Shown here in pieces: positions 19,820 through 29,875 of a stretch of DNA of 64,000 nucleotides; the stretch's first letter is position 1, and the number at the start of each line of letters is the position of its first letter. A model generated the notes under the pieces. The model was not told the DNA's origin, searched no databases, and worked only from the letters and a program-made list of their open reading frames with translations. The stretch comes from Acidobacteriota bacterium (GTDB lineage Bacteria > Acidobacteriota > UBA6911 > RPQK01 > CBDAPI01). The stretch is taken from the NCBI GenBank assembly GCA_965205615.1, contig CBDBHK010000035.1, forward strand, positions 17,495 through 81,494, given 5' to 3'. Made by a program: the position numbers and the translations under genes.

Positions 19820-21009
19820 TCCTCATCTCCCAGCCCCGGAACTTCCTCGTCCTCGAGGACCCGGACCAGCATTCCATCCACCACGGACTCCAGCGAAACG
19901 ACCGCGACTCTCTCTCCCGCCTCCAGGCCCCCGCTGATGAGTACGGTTTCTTCGCCGCTGCGAAAGACTTCGACGGTGCGGAAGCGCAGGCGGCTCTGCT
20001 CATCGACGACGAGAACCAGATCCCTGGCGCGCAGAGCGCCGCGCGGGACGCGAAAAACGTCGTTTACCCTGCGGCCCATGATCTCTGCTTCGACGAACAT
20101 TCCCACGGCCAGGGGAGGTCGGCCGGGATCGCGCCCTCGTCCGTAGGGATTCGCAACCTGGGCAATAGCATGAACCACCCTGGTCCGAGGATCGATCTCT
20201 CCCTCCGTTCGCACGATGTCGCCCGTCCAGGTGTGTACGGACCCGGCAAACCGGCCCCGAATGACAACGCGGGGTCGAGTCAGGTGGGGTTGGTCGTCAC
20301 GATAGCCCAGGGGAAGATTCACGAAAGCCAGTTCCTCGTCAGGCAAGGGAAGCCGGATTTCTGCGTAGTCGACCGAATAGATCGTAGCCAGTGGTGTTCC
20401 CGCAACTACGAACTGGCCGAGATCGACCTGTTTGTTGCGGACCCTCCCTGCGAACGGGGCCCTGATCTCGGTGCGTTCGAGATTACGCCGGGCCTGTTCA
20501 GAGGCTGCGCGAGCGGCCTCCAGGCTGGCTTCAGCTTCGGCAAGTTGAGGTTCTCGCCTCAGGAGCGAGCTGGCTTCTCCGTCTCCCAGACTCTTCCACT
20601 CATTCAGGGCAATCTCCGCTTCGGCCTTCTCCCGGTGCAGCCGCAACCGAGCCTGAGCAACAGCCGACAGAGCCTGGACCGTGGACAGTTCATAGTCCGT
20701 GGAATCCAGCCGGACCAGCAGGTCGGCTTCTTCGAAAAACCCTCCGGAAACGAGGGAAGGCGACACGTAGATGATTCGCCCGGCTATCTCTGGCGCAAGT
20801 ACACTCTGCGTTCTGGGAACCACCGTGCCCTGGGCCTTGACGGAAAGCTGCAACGATTCCGGTTGCACCTCAACCGTGCGTATCGCGGGAACGATGGGTT
20901 CCGCCTCGCGCGTCTTAACCGGCGGCCGTGACAGGATCATCTGCCGGGCAACCAGCACCCCGGCGCCGATGACCAGCAACGGGAGAAGGATCTTCAAGAG
21001 CAGTTTCAT
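19816..21009 (-). CDS. RND efflux periplasmic adaptor (membrane fusion protein)
   Basis: N-terminal TM, a coiled-coil hairpin region and a beta-barrel C-terminus. It overlaps both neighbours by 4 bp. Confidence 0.85.
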   Translation of the reverse strand: MKLLLKILLPLLVIGAGVLVARQMILSRPPVKTREAEPIVPAIRTVEVQPESLQLSVKAQGTVVPRTQSVLAPEIAGRIIYVSPSLVSGGFFEEADLLVRLDSTDYELSTVQALSAVAQARLRLHREKAEAEIALNEWKSLGDGEASSLLRREPQLAEAEASLEAARAASEQARRNLERTEIRAPFAGRVRNKQVDLGQFVVAGTPLATIYSVDYAEIRLPLPDEELAFVNLPLGYRDDQPHLTRPRVVIRGRFAGSVHTWTGDIVRTEGEIDPRTRVVHAIAQVANPYGRGRDPGRPPLAVGMFVEAEIMGRRVNDVFRVPRGALRARDLVLVVDEQSRLRFRTVEVFRSGEETVLISGGLEAGERVAVVSLESVVDGMLVRVLEDEEVPGLGDEE

Positions 21010-22469
21010 TCTCGACTCCCCGGCGGACTCGTTCCCCTGGAGTCGAGCGTCGAAGTCGCGGGATCGGAAATCGGGTTTTCCAGACCCCCTCCCAGAGCCA
21101 GGTGGAGGTCGACACGGTTGTCGAGGCGCATCCGCTGGACCGTCAACAGCTGGCTGCGCGTGGTGAGTACGCGCCGCTGGGATTCGAGAACACTGAGAAC
21201 GTCGCCGACGCCTCCGACGTAGCGCAAACGGGCCAGAGCAACGGCTGCCCCAGCCTGCCGGGTCGCTTGTTCCAGCGCCAGCAGGCGTTCATTCAGAGAG
21301 GTTTCCGCTGCCAGCGCGGCTTCCACTTCGGCCAGGGCCCGGAGGACGGCAGCGGCGTACGACTGCAGAGCTTCTTCGGCACGGGCGCGGGCCAGATCCA
21401 CGCCCCTGCGCAGACGCCCGGCCTGGAAGATGGGCTGCAGGGCGTTCCCGGCCAGGCTCCACACGGAGAAATCTCCATCCAGCAGGTCCTGGAGCGCGTC
21501 AGTGGATGTGCCCAGACTTCCAGTCAGAGTGAGGCGCGGATAAAGGGCGGCTCGCGACTCGGCAATTCGAGCATCGGCTGCCAGGAGCCTCTTTCGGGCC
21601 GCAATGAGGTCCGGACGTCGGGCCACCATCTGGGCCGGCAGACCCGCCGGAACGGGTCCGGGGAGTTCCGGAAGAACGTTTCCCAGTCCCAGAGTCCCCG
21701 AAGGATAACGGCCGGCGAGGATCTCGAGCTGGCGAACGCTTCGATCCAGCTGCTCTTTCCGTTGCTGCACCAGCGACTCGGCGCTGGCCACATCCGTGAG
21801 CACCAGGCGCAAATCGAAGGCGGGACGGACCCCGGCCTCGAAGCGCACTCTGATCGACTGGCTCGAGTCTGTAAAACTCTCTACGGTTTCCCGGGCCAGG
21901 GCAAGCTGGCTGGCCGCCTCCAGACTGGCAAACCAGGCCTTCGACGCCTGAGCCGACAGGGAGAGCTGAAGGGCCTCGAATGCTGCCGCCTGTGCTTCGT
22001 AGGACTGATAGGACGCTAGTTCTCCAGACCGAATCCGACCCCACAAATCGGCTTCCCAGCTTACATCGAGGGAGACTCCAAAGGTGCTGAAGGTGCGACT
22101 CAGCACCTGGTCCTCGGATCCCGGGATCGGAAAGCCAATGAAGTTTTGCTTGCGCCTGCTCCCGCCCAGGCCGGTCCCGACAGTTGGCTTTCGTTCGGTA
22201 CCGGCAATACGTGCCTCCGCCAGGGCAGCCTCGATGCGGGCCGCGGCGGCACGAATGTCGTGATTCTGGTCGAGAGTCTGCTCAATGACGCTGGACAGGC
22301 CGGAATCGTTGAAGCTGGTCCACCAGGATTTCAGCGGCGGCCCCTCGACGGGTGAACCGGACTGCCAGGTCGGCTTCACCTCCACACCGGGATCGTACTG
22401 GCTCTGCAGCCCGGGCTTGGCACAGGCTGAGGCGCCCACAAGGATGACAGTCGCCACCAGCCACCTCAT
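21006..22469 (-). CDS. efflux outer-membrane factor lipoprotein (NodT/TolC family)
   Basis: Lipobox LVGASACA and duplicated TolC-type helical repeats. It overlaps the tetR stop and the MFP start by 4 bp. Confidence 0.85.
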   Translation of the reverse strand: MRWLVATVILVGASACAKPGLQSQYDPGVEVKPTWQSGSPVEGPPLKSWWTSFNDSGLSSVIEQTLDQNHDIRAAAARIEAALAEARIAGTERKPTVGTGLGGSRRKQNFIGFPIPGSEDQVLSRTFSTFGVSLDVSWEADLWGRIRSGELASYQSYEAQAAAFEALQLSLSAQASKAWFASLEAASQLALARETVESFTDSSQSIRVRFEAGVRPAFDLRLVLTDVASAESLVQQRKEQLDRSVRQLEILAGRYPSGTLGLGNVLPELPGPVPAGLPAQMVARRPDLIAARKRLLAADARIAESRAALYPRLTLTGSLGTSTDALQDLLDGDFSVWSLAGNALQPIFQAGRLRRGVDLARARAEEALQSYAAAVLRALAEVEAALAAETSLNERLLALEQATRQAGAAVALARLRYVGGVGDVLSVLESQRRVLTTRSQLLTVQRMRLDNRVDLHLALGGGLENPISDPATSTLDSRGTSPPGSRE

Positions 22470-23110
22470 TGCTTCTCTCCCGCTTCGACCGGCGCGAGCA
22501 GGCCGGCCACGATGAATCTGACCAGGTGATCGATAGCCTTCTCGGGATCACCCATGGAACACAGACCCTTGGACATGAAATACAGCCGGTGAGGAGCAGC
22601 CATGGTGTACGCCATAGCTCCAATCATGAAGTGGACCCGCCAGAAGAACTCCTGTTTGTCCAAATCAACCAGATGGTGCCGTAGCACGGGTAAAAAGCGT
22701 TCTGCAAGAGGGTCGAACTGGCGTACCACGAGCCGATCCACGCCTTCGCCCGGGTCGGAGAAAGCCCTCCCCATCAGGTGCATGAACTGTTGGCCGCCCC
22801 GGGCGGAATCCTGACTCAAGCGCAGGGCGGGGCCGACCAGGGCCCGGACGGCGCAGGGCAGGGAAGGAATCCCGCTCTTGCTTTCCCGGGAGTATCGCTC
22901 GAGTACCTGGATTCGCTCCGCGTTGAGGGGGCCGATACGCCTGGAGAAAACGGCCGAGATAAGCTGTTCCTTGGAACCGAAGTGGTAATTGAGAGCTGCC
23001 AGATTGGCGCCGGCCTCTGCCGTTATCTGGCGGACGGAAGTCGCTGCAAATCCCTGTTTCGAAAAGAGTTGTTCGGCTGCGTCGAGAAGGCGCTCTTTGG
23101 TGGTACCCAT
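22466..23110 (-). CDS. TetR/AcrR-family transcriptional regulator, first gene of the efflux operon
   Basis: HTH LLDAAEQLFSKQGFAATSVRQITAEAGANLAALNYHFGSKEQL. The ATG at 23110 is chosen inside the longer listed ORF. Confidence 0.85.
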   Translation of the reverse strand: MGTTKERLLDAAEQLFSKQGFAATSVRQITAEAGANLAALNYHFGSKEQLISAVFSRRIGPLNAERIQVLERYSRESKSGIPSLPCAVRALVGPALRLSQDSARGGQQFMHLMGRAFSDPGEGVDRLVVRQFDPLAERFLPVLRHHLVDLDKQEFFWRVHFMIGAMAYTMAAPHRLYFMSKGLCSMGDPEKAIDHLVRFIVAGLLAPVEAGEKQ

Positions 23111-23111
23111 A

Positions 23112-23140
23112 TCAAACGTACGTTTAAAATAAACGTTTGA
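23112..23140. promoter_or_regulatory. candidate TetR operator (palindromes immediately upstream of tetR)
   Basis: TCAAACGTACGTTTAAAATAAACGTTTGA. It contains a perfect 12-bp palindrome AAACGTACGTTT, a second AAACGTTT, and outer arms TCAAACG/CGTTTGA. It lies in the 62-bp tetR/PTP divergent intergenic region. Confidence 0.45.
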
Positions 23141-23175
23141 GAGGGAAATTGCAAGCGTGGTAAACTCCCCCGTTG

Positions 23176-23667
23176 ATGAATCGCCCCAGCGTGCTCTTCG
23201 TCTGCATGGGAAACATCTGCCGGTCTCCGGCCGCTGAAGGCGTTTTCCGCCACCTGCTGAACGAGCTGGGCCTGGAGTCCGAACTCGCTGTGGATTCTGC
23301 GGGAACCATTGGCTACCACGCGGGAGCGTCACCCGATGGAAGAATGCAAAAGGCTGCTCGAAGACGTGGATACAACCTCGAGGGCCGGTCCCGTGTCGTC
23401 GAGGAAGCCGATCTGGAGGGTTTCGACCTGGTGGTGGCCATGGATCGGGACAACTATCGCGACCTGGTCAATCGGTCGTGGGGAGATGGCGGACTCCACA
23501 AAGCCCGGATCTGTCTTCTCAGCGATTTTCTGGACGGCGACTGGCCTCAGGACGTACCCGATCCCTATTATGGAGGCCCCGGCGGCTTCGAACGCGTCCT
23601 GGATATGATCGAGGCCGCCTGCCCTGCCATCCTTCGCGATCTGTCCAGCACGGACCGAAAGGCATGA
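23176..23667 (+). CDS. low-molecular-weight protein-tyrosine phosphatase
   Basis: P-loop VLFVCMGNICRSPAAEG (CX5R-S) and the DPYYG motif. Confidence 0.85.
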   Translation: MNRPSVLFVCMGNICRSPAAEGVFRHLLNELGLESELAVDSAGTIGYHAGASPDGRMQKAARRRGYNLEGRSRVVEEADLEGFDLVVAMDRDNYRDLVNRSWGDGGLHKARICLLSDFLDGDWPQDVPDPYYGGPGGFERVLDMIEAACPAILRDLSSTDRKA

Positions 23668-24560
23668 ATGACCTGCTGGTTTCCACTCTGGAAGATGCCG
23701 TGCAGGCAGAGACCGGAAGCCCCTGCCGCCTGACCACGGTCTCACCCCTGTCCGGGGGCTGTATACACTCCGCCTGCCGCCTGACCTGCGAGGATGGTCG
23801 AAACTACTTTTGCAAGATCAGTTCGGACCCCGGGGCGGAAATGCTGGAGCGCGAGTTGGAGGGTCTTGTGGCGCTCAACCAGGCGGCGAAAATTCGAAGT
23901 GCCCGTCCTCTGGTCTGCGGATCCGTGCCCTCCCAGGGTAAAGAATTTCTCATTACCGAGTACATTGAGCCGGGCAGCCCGAGACCCGGTTTTTTTGGGC
24001 GATTTGGCCGGGATTTGGCGCAAACGCACCGCAACCTGCCTGCTGAGCGATTCGGATTTCATCGCGATAACTACCTGGGAAGTACACCACAGCCGAATAC
24101 GTGGACTTCGGGCTGGTGTGACTTCTGGCGGGAACACAGACTCGGTTTCCAACTGGAGTTGTCGAGGCGCAACGGCTACTCTGCCGTGGAACTGCAGCAG
24201 CCGGGCTCCGAGCTGATGGACCAGCTTCAGGATCGAATTGGCGGAGCGGACGAACCACCCTGTCTTCTGCACGGGGATCTGTGGAGCGGCAACTTCCTGG
24301 TCGACGAGCAAGGCAGAGCTGTCTTAATCGATCCTGCCGTCTACTACGGTAGTCGAGAAGCCGAGCTAGCGATGTGTCGTCTCTTCGGTGGCTTCGGAGC
24401 CGGCTTTTACAGGTCTTACGAGGAGGCGTGGCCGCTCCAACCGGGGGCTTCACAGAGGATTGAGATCTATCAGCTCTATCACCTGTTGAACCACCTGAAC
24501 CTTTTCGGCGCCGGCTACCTATCCGGCTGCATCGACCTGCTGCGACGGATCCTACGCTAG
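23664..24560 (+). CDS. fructosamine/ketosamine kinase-family protein
   Basis: Kinase motif CLLHGDLWSGNFL and C-terminal YQLYHLLNHLNLFG. The ATG overlaps the PTP stop (ATGA at 23664-23667). Confidence 0.8.
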   Translation: MNDLLVSTLEDAVQAETGSPCRLTTVSPLSGGCIHSACRLTCEDGRNYFCKISSDPGAEMLERELEGLVALNQAAKIRSARPLVCGSVPSQGKEFLITEYIEPGSPRPGFFGRFGRDLAQTHRNLPAERFGFHRDNYLGSTPQPNTWTSGWCDFWREHRLGFQLELSRRNGYSAVELQQPGSELMDQLQDRIGGADEPPCLLHGDLWSGNFLVDEQGRAVLIDPAVYYGSREAELAMCRLFGGFGAGFYRSYEEAWPLQPGASQRIEIYQLYHLLNHLNLFGAGYLSGCIDLLRRILR

Positions 24561-24590
24561 CAATGCGAGGCGCCTCGTGACCGCAACCAC

Positions 24591-24616
24591 AGTAGCGCGC
24601 GTGTAACAAGCGCGTG
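24591..24616. repeat. solo copy of the REP-like unit
   Basis: AGTAGCGCGCGTGTAACAAGCGCGTG differs by 1 nt from 13451-13476. It lies between convergent genes and abuts the aroC stop codon. Confidence 0.85.
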
Positions 24617-25858
24617 TCAAAATAGCTTAAAGTCGTCCACGTGGAGACGTCCGGCCTGGTGACAGAGGACAGCATTGGCCAGTTCGATGGCGAGTCGCGA
24701 TTCGAGAGTAATGCCTGCCCGGATCCCGACGCAGGGGTCGTGGCGCCCGCCGCGCAGCTGAAAATCAATCTCTTCCAGACTCTTTCGGACCGATTTCTGG
24801 GGCCTGGGAATGCTGGAGGTGGGTTTGAATCCGACGCGGCACACGACCGGCATCCCTGTAGTAATGCCTCCGATGAGACCCCCGTGGCTATTGGTCTGAT
24901 AGCCGGAGCTTCGTATCGGGTCATTGTTTTCGCTGCCCCGGCGACTCGCCACCTCAAACCCGTCCCCGATCTCACAGCCCTGCACCGCATGTAGACCCCC
25001 CAGCGTTCCCAGAAGCCGGATCTTGAGACTGTTGTAGAGGGGCTCTCCCAGCAGCGGCGGAGGATGGACCGCCGTGACTTCAATGGCGGCACCCAGGGAG
25101 TCCCCTTCGATTCGAGTCGCCCGAATCAGTTCGATGGCCGCTGTGGCAAAATCGCCATCTACGGTGTGAATCTCACTGGAGTCAAGCTCTTTCTCCAGAG
25201 CCTCCACATCGGCCTCCGGCGGACCCACTCCGGATCCTCCCAGGGCGGCCAGCTTCGTGGACAGGAGTTGCTCGGCTTCGAGAGGTCCCACCCGGTAGAT
25301 GGAGGAGAGAATCGTAGTCCCGAATTTCTCCTTCAGAAACATTCGGGCAATGGAGCCGCCGATCACATCGGAAATGGTAGAGCGATAGCTGGATCGGCCA
25401 CTGCCGCGAATGTCGACGTACCCCAACGACTTGTGATACTTGACCAGGTCCGTGTGGCCCGGACGGACTTCTCCCTCTTTGCCCTTGAACTGGTCATAGT
25501 CGGCCGGTCTGGTCGAGGTGGAGAGCACAATCGCGGAAATCGGCTCTCCGGTGCTGAATCCGGATTCATAGGTCGCAACGCCCTGGAGGGAAGGAACCTC
25601 CAGGGAAAGCGCCGGCCCGGCCAGCAGCTCAGAGAGATCGTCCGCGTACACTCCCGAGAGCAGAGCGACCCGGTCGGCCTCCCGACGGGTGGTGCCGTGT
25701 TTACTGCTTCCCGGGCGCCGTCGATCCAGCAAGGTCTGGATCTGCTCACGCTCCAGGTGCAGGCCGGCAGGACAGCCGAAGACGATGGTCACGACCGCCG
25801 GCCCATGAGATTCACCGCCCCCGGCTACCGCAAAGAGAGGACCGCCCAGAATCTCCAT
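24617..25858 (-). CDS. aroC: chorismate synthase
   Basis: GGGESHGPAV near the N-terminus and the conserved C-terminal RHDPCV motif. The ATG at 25858 is chosen inside the longer ORF. Confidence 0.9.
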   Translation of the reverse strand: MEILGGPLFAVAGGGESHGPAVVTIVFGCPAGLHLEREQIQTLLDRRRPGSSKHGTTRREADRVALLSGVYADDLSELLAGPALSLEVPSLQGVATYESGFSTGEPISAIVLSTSTRPADYDQFKGKEGEVRPGHTDLVKYHKSLGYVDIRGSGRSSYRSTISDVIGGSIARMFLKEKFGTTILSSIYRVGPLEAEQLLSTKLAALGGSGVGPPEADVEALEKELDSSEIHTVDGDFATAAIELIRATRIEGDSLGAAIEVTAVHPPPLLGEPLYNSLKIRLLGTLGGLHAVQGCEIGDGFEVASRRGSENNDPIRSSGYQTNSHGGLIGGITTGMPVVCRVGFKPTSSIPRPQKSVRKSLEEIDFQLRGGRHDPCVGIRAGITLESRLAIELANAVLCHQAGRLHVDDFKLF

Positions 25859-25897
25859 GAGTTTCTTCCTTTTCGCTTGCGCTTTGTTGCTGTCCTG

Positions 25898-25906
25898 ATT
25901 GTACCA
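25898..25906 (-). promoter_or_regulatory. possible extended -10 element (TGGTACAAT on the minus strand) upstream of aroC
   Basis: TGnTAnAAT-type sequence ~40 nt upstream of the aroC ATG. The -35 is weak. Confidence 0.25.
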
Positions 25907-25980
25907 ATCCAGCCCGCAGGACAAGTGTGCTTTTTCAGGTCACATTGTCTACAATCGGCGAACTGCCTCAAGGAGGAATC

Positions 25981-26805
25981 GTGCCGGAAGATTGCCAGCT
26001 GAAACCCGGGGAGACTGTCCCGCCGATCGAGTCTATTTCGACCAACACCGGCAAAACAGACCGCCGGAAGGGAAAAAAGGAACTCAAGAAACTGCGCCAC
26101 AAGCTGGCCGATCTGCAGCACAGATTGTACGCCGAAGGGCGCCGGAAACTACTGGTGGTTTTCCAAGCCATGGACGCGGGCGGAAAAGACGGGACCACAC
26201 GCCGCGTTTTCGATGGGGTCAATCCCCAGGGCGTGCAGGTCACCTCTTTTAAAAACCCCACTTCGGAGGAACTTCGACACGACTTCCTGTGGCGCATCCA
26301 CCGAGCCGTCCCGGCTGCAGGAATGATTGGAGTGTTCAATCGCTCCCACTATGAAGACGTACTGGTCGCCCGCGTGGACAAGCTGGTTCCCGAAACGGTC
26401 TGGAAAGCACGCTACGAACACATCAACCATTTTGAGAGACTGCTGACGGACAGCGGGACCCGGATCCTCAAGTTTTATCTCCACGTTTCGCGGGAAGAGC
26501 AGCTGGGCCGATTGCGGAGCCGACTGGAAGACCCCCGTAAACTCTGGAAATACTCGGCTGACGACTTTACAAAACGCCGGCTCTGGCCCGCCTACATGAA
26601 AGCCTATCGGGAGGTTTTCCAGAGATGTACAACCGAGTGGGCGCCCTGGCACGTCATACCGGCCGACCAGAAATGGTACCGGAATCTGCTGGTGGCGGAG
26701 TTGATCGTGGACGCCCTGACGGAGATGGACCCACAGTTTCCCGAGCCGGAAGAGCTGGGTGATCCTGAGCTGGATCCAGCCGAGAGCAGCCGCCAGGGTG
26801 ATTAG
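25981..26805 (+). CDS. polyphosphate kinase 2 family protein
   Basis: LLVVFQAMDAGGKDGTTRRVF (PPK2 Walker A-like) and the lid motif. The GTG at 25981 is preceded by AAGGAGG. Confidence 0.85.
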   Translation: MPEDCQLKPGETVPPIESISTNTGKTDRRKGKKELKKLRHKLADLQHRLYAEGRRKLLVVFQAMDAGGKDGTTRRVFDGVNPQGVQVTSFKNPTSEELRHDFLWRIHRAVPAAGMIGVFNRSHYEDVLVARVDKLVPETVWKARYEHINHFERLLTDSGTRILKFYLHVSREEQLGRLRSRLEDPRKLWKYSADDFTKRRLWPAYMKAYREVFQRCTTEWAPWHVIPADQKWYRNLLVAELIVDALTEMDPQFPEPEELGDPELDPAESSRQGD

Positions 26806-29800
26806 ATACTTCACTCCCATCTGGGTCCTGCTGGGGGCCTCCCCTGCACTTGTGCCAGCCCCGAATCCGGAGGACGACCTGGTCCTGCGGCAGCCGGCCT
26901 GGCGGGAGATCGGACCGGCGGCGTTCGGAGGTCGGATTGTTGACGTGGAGGCCATGGCCTCGGACCCCTGGGTGATCGTGGTGGGTTCCGCATCCGGGGG
27001 TATCTTCAAGTCGACCAACAACGGGACGACCTGGCGCCCCGTTTTTGATGGCGCCGGGGCCATGATGTCGATCGGCGATCTCGCGATTGCCCCTTCCGAC
27101 CCGGCCGTCCTGTGGGCGGGCACGGGAGAACCGAACAACCGACAGAGCTCCTCCTGGGGAAGGGGAGTTTTCCGTTCCCTGGATGGAGGAGAGCGATGGG
27201 AATCGGCGGGTCTCGAGGAGACCCATCATATCGGTCGCGTCGTGATTCACCCCGGAAATCCTGAGATTGTCTTCGTAGCGGCGCTGGGCCGCCTGTGGGG
27301 AGCCAGTTCCGAGCGCGGCGTTTATCGTACCCGCAACGCCGGCGCGACCTGGGAAAAAGTCCTTTTTATAGACAACGACACTGGAGTTGTCGACCTGGCC
27401 ATGGAGCAAAACGGGCGCGTGCTGTACGCCGCAGCTTATCAGAGGCGCCGCCGGGCCTGGGGTTTCGTAGGAGGGGGACCGGGCAGCGGTATCTACCGTT
27501 CCCTGGATGGCGGCGATCACTGGACACGGCTTCGGGACGGGCTTCCAGCGGGAACTACGGGACGAATCGGCCTTTCTATAGCCAGGCACAAACCTGAGAC
27601 TGTTTACGCCATTGTGGAGCACAGGGATGGGGGTGTTTTCCGTTCAGACGACCGCGGCACCCGCTGGGCCCGCCTCAACACCCTCAACCCCCGCCCCAGT
27701 TATTACAGTCAGATCCGAGTCGATCCGACCAACACAGACCGGGTCTGGGTGCTGGGGAGTGTCCTGTATCGGTCCGACGACGGCGGCAAGACCTTCACCA
27801 GCAAGGGCACGGCTGAGCGGGTACACGTGGATCACCACGCTCTGTGGATCGACCCCGCTAACCCGACGCATATGATCCTGGGGAACGACGGGGGCCTGTG
27901 GCAGACCTATGATGGAGCCAGGACCTGGGACTTTCGGGACAATCTTCCCATCGCACAGTACTACTCCATTGGCCTGGACGACCGCGATCCCTACCGGATT
28001 TACGGAGGGACCCAGGACAATGGAAGTTGGGTGATGCCGAGCCGCACGTACAGCCGTCTGGGCATCACGAACGCCGACGTGACCAACCTCGCCTACGGAG
28101 ACGGCTTTTTCACGGAGGTCGATCCCGGTGATCCCGGATTCGTGTATGCAGAGTCGCAAAACGGCCGCATCTATCGAATTTCGCTGGCGACGCTGGAAGA
28201 GCAGGGAATCCGGCCGGCCCCTTCCAACCCGGACGAGAAATATCGGTTCAACTGGAAGAGTCCTATTCACATCTCCCCCCACGACTCGAAGGTCGTCTAT
28301 TGCGCGGCCAACAAGCTTTTCAGATCTCTCGATCGGGGCCACAGCTGGGAGGAAATCAGCCCCGACCTGACCCTGAATCAGGAGTGGCAGCAACTGCCGG
28401 TGATGAACCTGCCCCGGGACGAGCGGACCCTTTCCCGAAACGACGGCATTGCCCACTACGGCACCATCACGGCCATCAGTGAGTCTTCCTTCAGCCCGGG
28501 GGTTTTTCTGGTAGGAACGGATGACGGTCAGATTCAGGTGAGTCGGGACGGCGGCCGATCCTGGCTCAATCGAACCGGCCAGCTGGGTCTTGTTGAACCG
28601 CTCTGGGTGAGCAGTACCCTTCACTCCCTTCACGAGCCCGGCGCCGCTTATGTCACCCTGGATGGGCACCGCGACAATGACTTCTCTCCCTACCTGTTTC
28701 GGACTTCTGATCAGGGAGAAACCTGGAGCTCCGTGGCATCCGACCTGCCGGACGGAACCGTCCTGAACGTGATTGCCGAGCATCCCGACAGTGGGGACGT
28801 GCTGCTGGCGGGTTCGGAATCGGGGCTCTTCGTTACGTTGGACCGGGGTCTCCACTGGCTGCGGGCCGGAGGCGGCCTGCCGCCCGTTCCGGTTGATGAT
28901 ATTGCAATCCACTCCCGAGAAAAGGACATCGTTCTCGGCACCCACGGAAGGGGGATCTGGATCCTGGACGACGCTTCTTTTCTGGCCGGCTTGAACCGCG
29001 CCCGGGCCGGCGCATCCCTTTTCGTTTTCCCCACTCGGAGGACCGTCCAGGGTTATCAGAAAAGAATGCTGCCCCGCCCCGGGGCCGGGACCTTCCGGGC
29101 TCCCAACCCTCCCGAAGGAGCCCTCATTACCTACTATGTCCCGGCCCGGCAGGGCCTCGAAGAGATGAAATCCGACCTGGTCGAGGTGCTCATCCGGAAT
29201 GACTCGGGACAGCTCGTACGCAGCCTGACAGGCCCCGCCACACCCGGAGTCCAGCGAATTTCCTGGGACCTCCGGCGTGCTCCTTCCTTCGAGTCGGACT
29301 CCGACCGGGCCACCTGGTACGGCCAGGTGCAAGGACCCTACGTGATTCCTGGAACGTTTCGTGTGGAAGTCAAAGGAGAATCTCTGGTCGCCGCCACCTC
29401 GCTGGTTGTTGTGCCTGACCCTTTGGCGCAGACCAGCCCGGAAGCGCTGCGCGAGCGCCTGCAATTGAGTCTGGAAGTCGACCGGCTGCTGGCCCTTTTT
29501 TTCGAGGCAGCCGAACTGGTGAGCCACCTCGAAGTAGAAATCCACAGAATCAGCCCCTCCCAGCCCGACAACCCCCATGACGATCCCGGGCCCGAGGCTC
29601 TCTCCCGGCTCAGAGGAAGAGTGGATTCGGTGTCGCGCTACTTCGCAAAGGGTCGGAAAAGCGAAAGGGCCAGGTTTCTGGATCTATACGGACAGCTACA
29701 GGCTTCTACCCGGAGCCCGACCGTGAGCCAGCGGCGCACCACCGCTTTGCTGAAAAAACAGCTCCGGAAGCACATCGAAGAACTCAATACGCTGGTTGTC

Positions 29801-29875
29801 GATGAGTGGCCCCGGCTCATGCATCAAATACAAGACGGAAAAACCAGCCGGCTCAAGCCGGTGGAATGGCCCTAG
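26798..29875 (+). CDS. secreted BNR/Asp-box (sortilin/VPS10-like) multi-propeller protein
   Basis: At least 9 Asp-box motifs (SLDGGERW, SLDGGDHW, SDDRGTRW, SDDGGKTF, TYDGARTW, SLDRGHSW, SRDGGRSW, TSDQGETW, TLDRGLHW). The signal-like N-terminus follows the GTG at 26798. Confidence 0.75.
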   Translation: MIRYFTPIWVLLGASPALVPAPNPEDDLVLRQPAWREIGPAAFGGRIVDVEAMASDPWVIVVGSASGGIFKSTNNGTTWRPVFDGAGAMMSIGDLAIAPSDPAVLWAGTGEPNNRQSSSWGRGVFRSLDGGERWESAGLEETHHIGRVVIHPGNPEIVFVAALGRLWGASSERGVYRTRNAGATWEKVLFIDNDTGVVDLAMEQNGRVLYAAAYQRRRRAWGFVGGGPGSGIYRSLDGGDHWTRLRDGLPAGTTGRIGLSIARHKPETVYAIVEHRDGGVFRSDDRGTRWARLNTLNPRPSYYSQIRVDPTNTDRVWVLGSVLYRSDDGGKTFTSKGTAERVHVDHHALWIDPANPTHMILGNDGGLWQTYDGARTWDFRDNLPIAQYYSIGLDDRDPYRIYGGTQDNGSWVMPSRTYSRLGITNADVTNLAYGDGFFTEVDPGDPGFVYAESQNGRIYRISLATLEEQGIRPAPSNPDEKYRFNWKSPIHISPHDSKVVYCAANKLFRSLDRGHSWEEISPDLTLNQEWQQLPVMNLPRDERTLSRNDGIAHYGTITAISESSFSPGVFLVGTDDGQIQVSRDGGRSWLNRTGQLGLVEPLWVSSTLHSLHEPGAAYVTLDGHRDNDFSPYLFRTSDQGETWSSVASDLPDGTVLNVIAEHPDSGDVLLAGSESGLFVTLDRGLHWLRAGGGLPPVPVDDIAIHSREKDIVLGTHGRGIWILDDASFLAGLNRARAGASLFVFPTRRTVQGYQKRMLPRPGAGTFRAPNPPEGALITYYVPARQGLEEMKSDLVEVLIRNDSGQLVRSLTGPATPGVQRISWDLRRAPSFESDSDRATWYGQVQGPYVIPGTFRVEVKGESLVAATSLVVVPDPLAQTSPEALRERLQLSLEVDRLLALFFEAAELVSHLEVEIHRISPSQPDNPHDDPGPEALSRLRGRVDSVSRYFAKGRKSERARFLDLYGQLQASTRSPTVSQRRTTALLKKQLRKHIEELNTLVVDEWPRLMHQIQDGKTSRLKPVEWP

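Noticed and set aside
23953-25092. A 379-aa ORF on the - strand spanning the fructosamine kinase / aroC junction
   Set aside because: It runs antisense to one real gene and out of frame with another, crosses the intergenic REP-like unit, and is Arg/Ser/Pro-rich.
27644-29578. A 644-aa ORF on the - strand
   Set aside because: It is antisense to the BNR/Asp-box protein gene, which has 9 clear Asp-boxes.
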